64,000 nt of DNA from Albugo candida. Taxonomy: Eukaryota. Made by a program: the position numbers and the translations under genes. Location: assembly GCA_040437565.1 (NCBI GenBank), contig JBDOQK010000004.1, forward strand, positions 496,001 through 560,000, in the 5' to 3' direction. Positions 61,001 through 64,000 of this stretch are shown here, in pieces. Under the pieces are notes generated by a model that saw nothing but the letters and a program-made list of their open reading frames with translations, was not told the DNA's origin and did no database searches. Within the stretch, counting starts at the first letter, position 1. Every line of letters begins with the position of its first letter.

Positions 61001-61510
61001 TCATCAGCAAGTCGTGAATGGTTTTGACTGTATCGGACGTGTTTGGAGCGCACCAACTACAAAACTACGAATTCTCGTATATATTTGGGCGCATTTTATT
61101 GAGCTTTGCGAAGAAAGCTCACTTGTTGCGCTCTCGTAAGTCATTTTTGTTTCATATACAGCAGCAATTCCCGAGGCTTCATACCCGACGATGCCTCATT
61201 TGTCCACAATTTTACGAAAGCTAGCTAGGTATGATGATGTGAGGAATAACTGATAAAATCGATTGTGTCGATCGACTTGGACTCCACCGACGACAGCGTT
61301 GAGTTGATAAAACTGAGAATGACCAGTGATCAACGAGTTCAAGTAGAATGCAACAGCCGAATGCAGCTTTCTTATTTGACCCTATTAGTAGTCTCATTCA
61401 GCGCAGCAATAATCCACCACTAGTGCGAAACGTTTGGAGCATTACGACAGCACGTGCCGACTTAGTGTTTACTTACTTGTTCCCCACAGAATAAGGTTTA
61501 GAGACGTAAT

Positions 61511-61843
61511 ATGAGACTCCTTCGGTCGTTGCAGGAACGCCATGAGCGGTTGAAAAACGCAATTCATGGAACTCGCATTCCACTGTCCAGGAATGGTCGA
61601 CTGTTTATGGGTGCTTTCTACTTTTCGGCGCCTGTAGTGGCTGGTTATTATGTCATGCAATGGGCGCAGCATAAAGCAGAAACAAATCCAGACTTGCAGG
61701 TGCCCAACCTTACAAATGTCGTTTATACGTGCTCTAATAATGTAAAGTAGGCGCGCCACTCTGAAGTCGGCTCTACTCCAATTAGTCGTTCTGTGAAAGC
61801 GCAGAATGATCAGCTACGACAGATTCTGCATGCAAAAAAATAA
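61511..61843 (+). CDS. Small single-TM protein (~93 aa), two exons
   Basis: Basic amphipathic N-terminus and TM segment LFMGAFYFSAPVVAGYYVM. Intron 61700-61750 (GT...TAG) joins in frame to ARHSEVG...QLRQILHAKK*. Confidence 0.65.
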
Positions 61844-64000
61844 AGAAGGAATTTGGACTGAGAACAATTTTATCGATTTGACATGATGCACTTTAATCAA
61901 ATCGTGAACTTAGCATCTCTCTCTGTCAACCGACTTTTTAGTTCGATGGGCTTTGTAGCATGTATCATGATCAATAGTAACAAATACATCACATTGCACT
62001 CTAACAAGCTGTTATTAAGCACACAGATGGCATCGTAATCATTCACAAGGTGGTTTGATCGAGAATGCAATCAGTCACCTGTATTATTATTATTAATTGA
62101 CGTTTTCGCGGTGGTATCAAATCCGAAGAGTAGGATTCTAGCTTTCGTTACGTCTGACAGATTCCTTCTGAGGTAGTGGCACCAGCTGTATATTGACATT
62201 GGCTCAGGGCTTACCTATGAGATGCGACCTTCCTAGGCTTAACTGAAAGGACGCAATTCGTACGCGTAGCTGAAAGCACATATCAAACAAAATCAACGAG
62301 AATGAGGTTAAGAGGTTTGCTGAGTGCTTGCTGTACCTGGCTGTACTCTGTGCTTAGGCTTTCGCTTGACCTAATTGAATTAGAATGATGTGGAGAACAT
62401 GTGACGAGTCCTTATTACTGGAATTGAACGTGGTCAATTAAGCCTCGATGAGCTCCAACATGAGCATGCTGAAAGGGGGGGGGGGAAGCTCAATGATAGC
62501 GAAAGCCATTTACTTGACGAATTTCCAACTTATAAGACATAGTCATGTCTCGAAGTGATCAGATACAAGCCGAAAAAGAATATCATTTTACGCGATTACG
62601 CGTATAATTTCTTGCTGACCAACTCGATGACACTTTCGGCTCCTTTGATGTATACATAATCCTCGCTCTTGTCTACGTGCGCTCGACCAAACTTTATGAA
62701 CACCCTACTCAGCTAACTCTTATTAAGTCGTCTTCGTCGTTTGATGAAGTAAGGAAGCGAAGCAAGCACAGATCATGCAAACGTCGATCGCAGTAGTTAC
62801 ATTTTTGCTGTAAACACGTTCCTTTAGGACTTGTGTTGGACAATAAGGAGAGGCGGAGGGTAAAGGACAAATACAATTCACGGATATCATGATCAAAAAC
62901 TACTCGAGCATAAATCTGCAGATACAGCAACAGCAATATCTATCTGCATAGGTATTTGGCAGCCGGTGAAATGTCCATCCCTTGCGCCTATAAAAGGAAA
63001 GTGTAAATTTGCGGTCAGGGTTTTGGTCAAATATGTGCTAAATATCACTCGAGATCGTCACATTCCATTCTACGTGACTGTTTGCACCGTGAGACAGAGT
63101 CATTCCGCTTAATGCTAAATCGATTTCGAGGTGATTTTACTCGGTTGATTTAAAAAAAAGATTACACAGCGATCAGGAAGGCCCCGTGTCTAGCTCGTTC
63201 TAGCTACTAGATTGAAAAACCAGTGAGTAACGTGGTCGATTGCAAGAGTCATTTGTGCTGCACGGGCCTTCATTGTTTTGTATGCACTTGAATATGTCCA
63301 TGGGAATATTCCATCAAGAAATTTTTCGGATAGCCATCACATAAGTATGATTTGCATTATGAGTAGATCTCATGTTTTGAGTTCTTAGCAAACACCGCTT
63401 CTTTCAAAGGCAGAAAAAATGCATTGTACTCATGTGGAACCATTCTCAAAAACGTTTCTGCTTCCTGTATCTTTATTATTGGATTCATTTATCTCGCGGA
63501 CACGAATCTTCCAAGTTTAAACTTGTACATTACTACTACCGCTATTCTAAAACTATCGTGCCGTGTTCAAAAAATGTAAGTTGGCAATTCGATGAAAAGG
63601 AATGAGTAATAGAAGGTGCTGGTTTTATCTGTTCGTTTGGGAAGTTGGAAGGAGAAATTTATCGAATTATCAATCCAATGCAGCTGGTTTAGTAATCCCA
63701 TGAAGTCTCCATTGATCGACGATATAATGAGTAGGATAGTCTTGCTCACGAAAACGAAACTGCATGCTATCCAGTTGATGCATGCCTTCCGTAAACTACT
63801 TCGCTTCCAGCATTGTGGAATACTGCAGTATGTTAAATTATCGAGGAGTGTTCGTCTGGAATTCAATCGCCAACGCAAAACGAATGAGTGATCGAGAAAT
63901 CAAATCTTAATTGTTTCTGATGGGGAATATGCGGTAATTATCGGATTTTGATGAAATGAAACTAAAGAAAAGAAATTTGAGCTGACAGTGAGGACTATAG

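Noticed and set aside
306-63891. Numerous 60-150 aa ORFs antisense to or overlapping the called genes
   Set aside because: They are shadow frames of real genes or pseudogenes, with no motifs or independent support.
63560-63900. Possible Mutator/SWIM-like remnant on the minus strand (HQL...HYIVDQWRL)
   Set aside because: Only a few residues resemble the motif, with stops; not supportable.
1-64000. tRNA, rRNA or snRNA genes
   Set aside because: None recognised by eye; a covariance-model scan would be needed to exclude them.

Overview
Eukaryotic DNA from a compact oomycete genome, most likely a white-rust (Albugo-type) pathogen. The organism call is inferred from the ~50-nt GT-AG introns, Inr/FPR-type core promoters, flagellar genes and secreted proteins carrying the Albugo CCG motif (CxxCxxxxxG). 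The left arm (1-20 kb) is gene-dense housekeeping DNA: U11/U12 snRNP-35K, a myotubularin, an apparently domesticated BED-finger/hAT protein, an S10 carboxypeptidase, DDX52/ROK1 and a KIX/Q-rich coactivator. The centre (20.5-47.5 kb) is a four-unit tandem amplification of a convergent pair, [secreted CCG effector (+) / LRRC9 (-)]. The visible effector sequence stays open in all four units (copies 2 and 3 run into gaps), three of the four LRRC9 copies are deleted pseudogenes, and an old Ty1/copia element sits in one unit. The right arm holds an MFS transporter, an RIIa/EF-hand flagellar protein, a membrane-anchored dual TKL kinase whose TM block resembles that of membrane adenylyl cyclases, a fifth divergent CCG effector, a decayed TRAF-zinc-finger gene and a small single-TM protein. 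Eight of the ten 100-N gaps are unmerged contig overlaps that create false internal duplications. All alignments and mismatch counts were done by eye.
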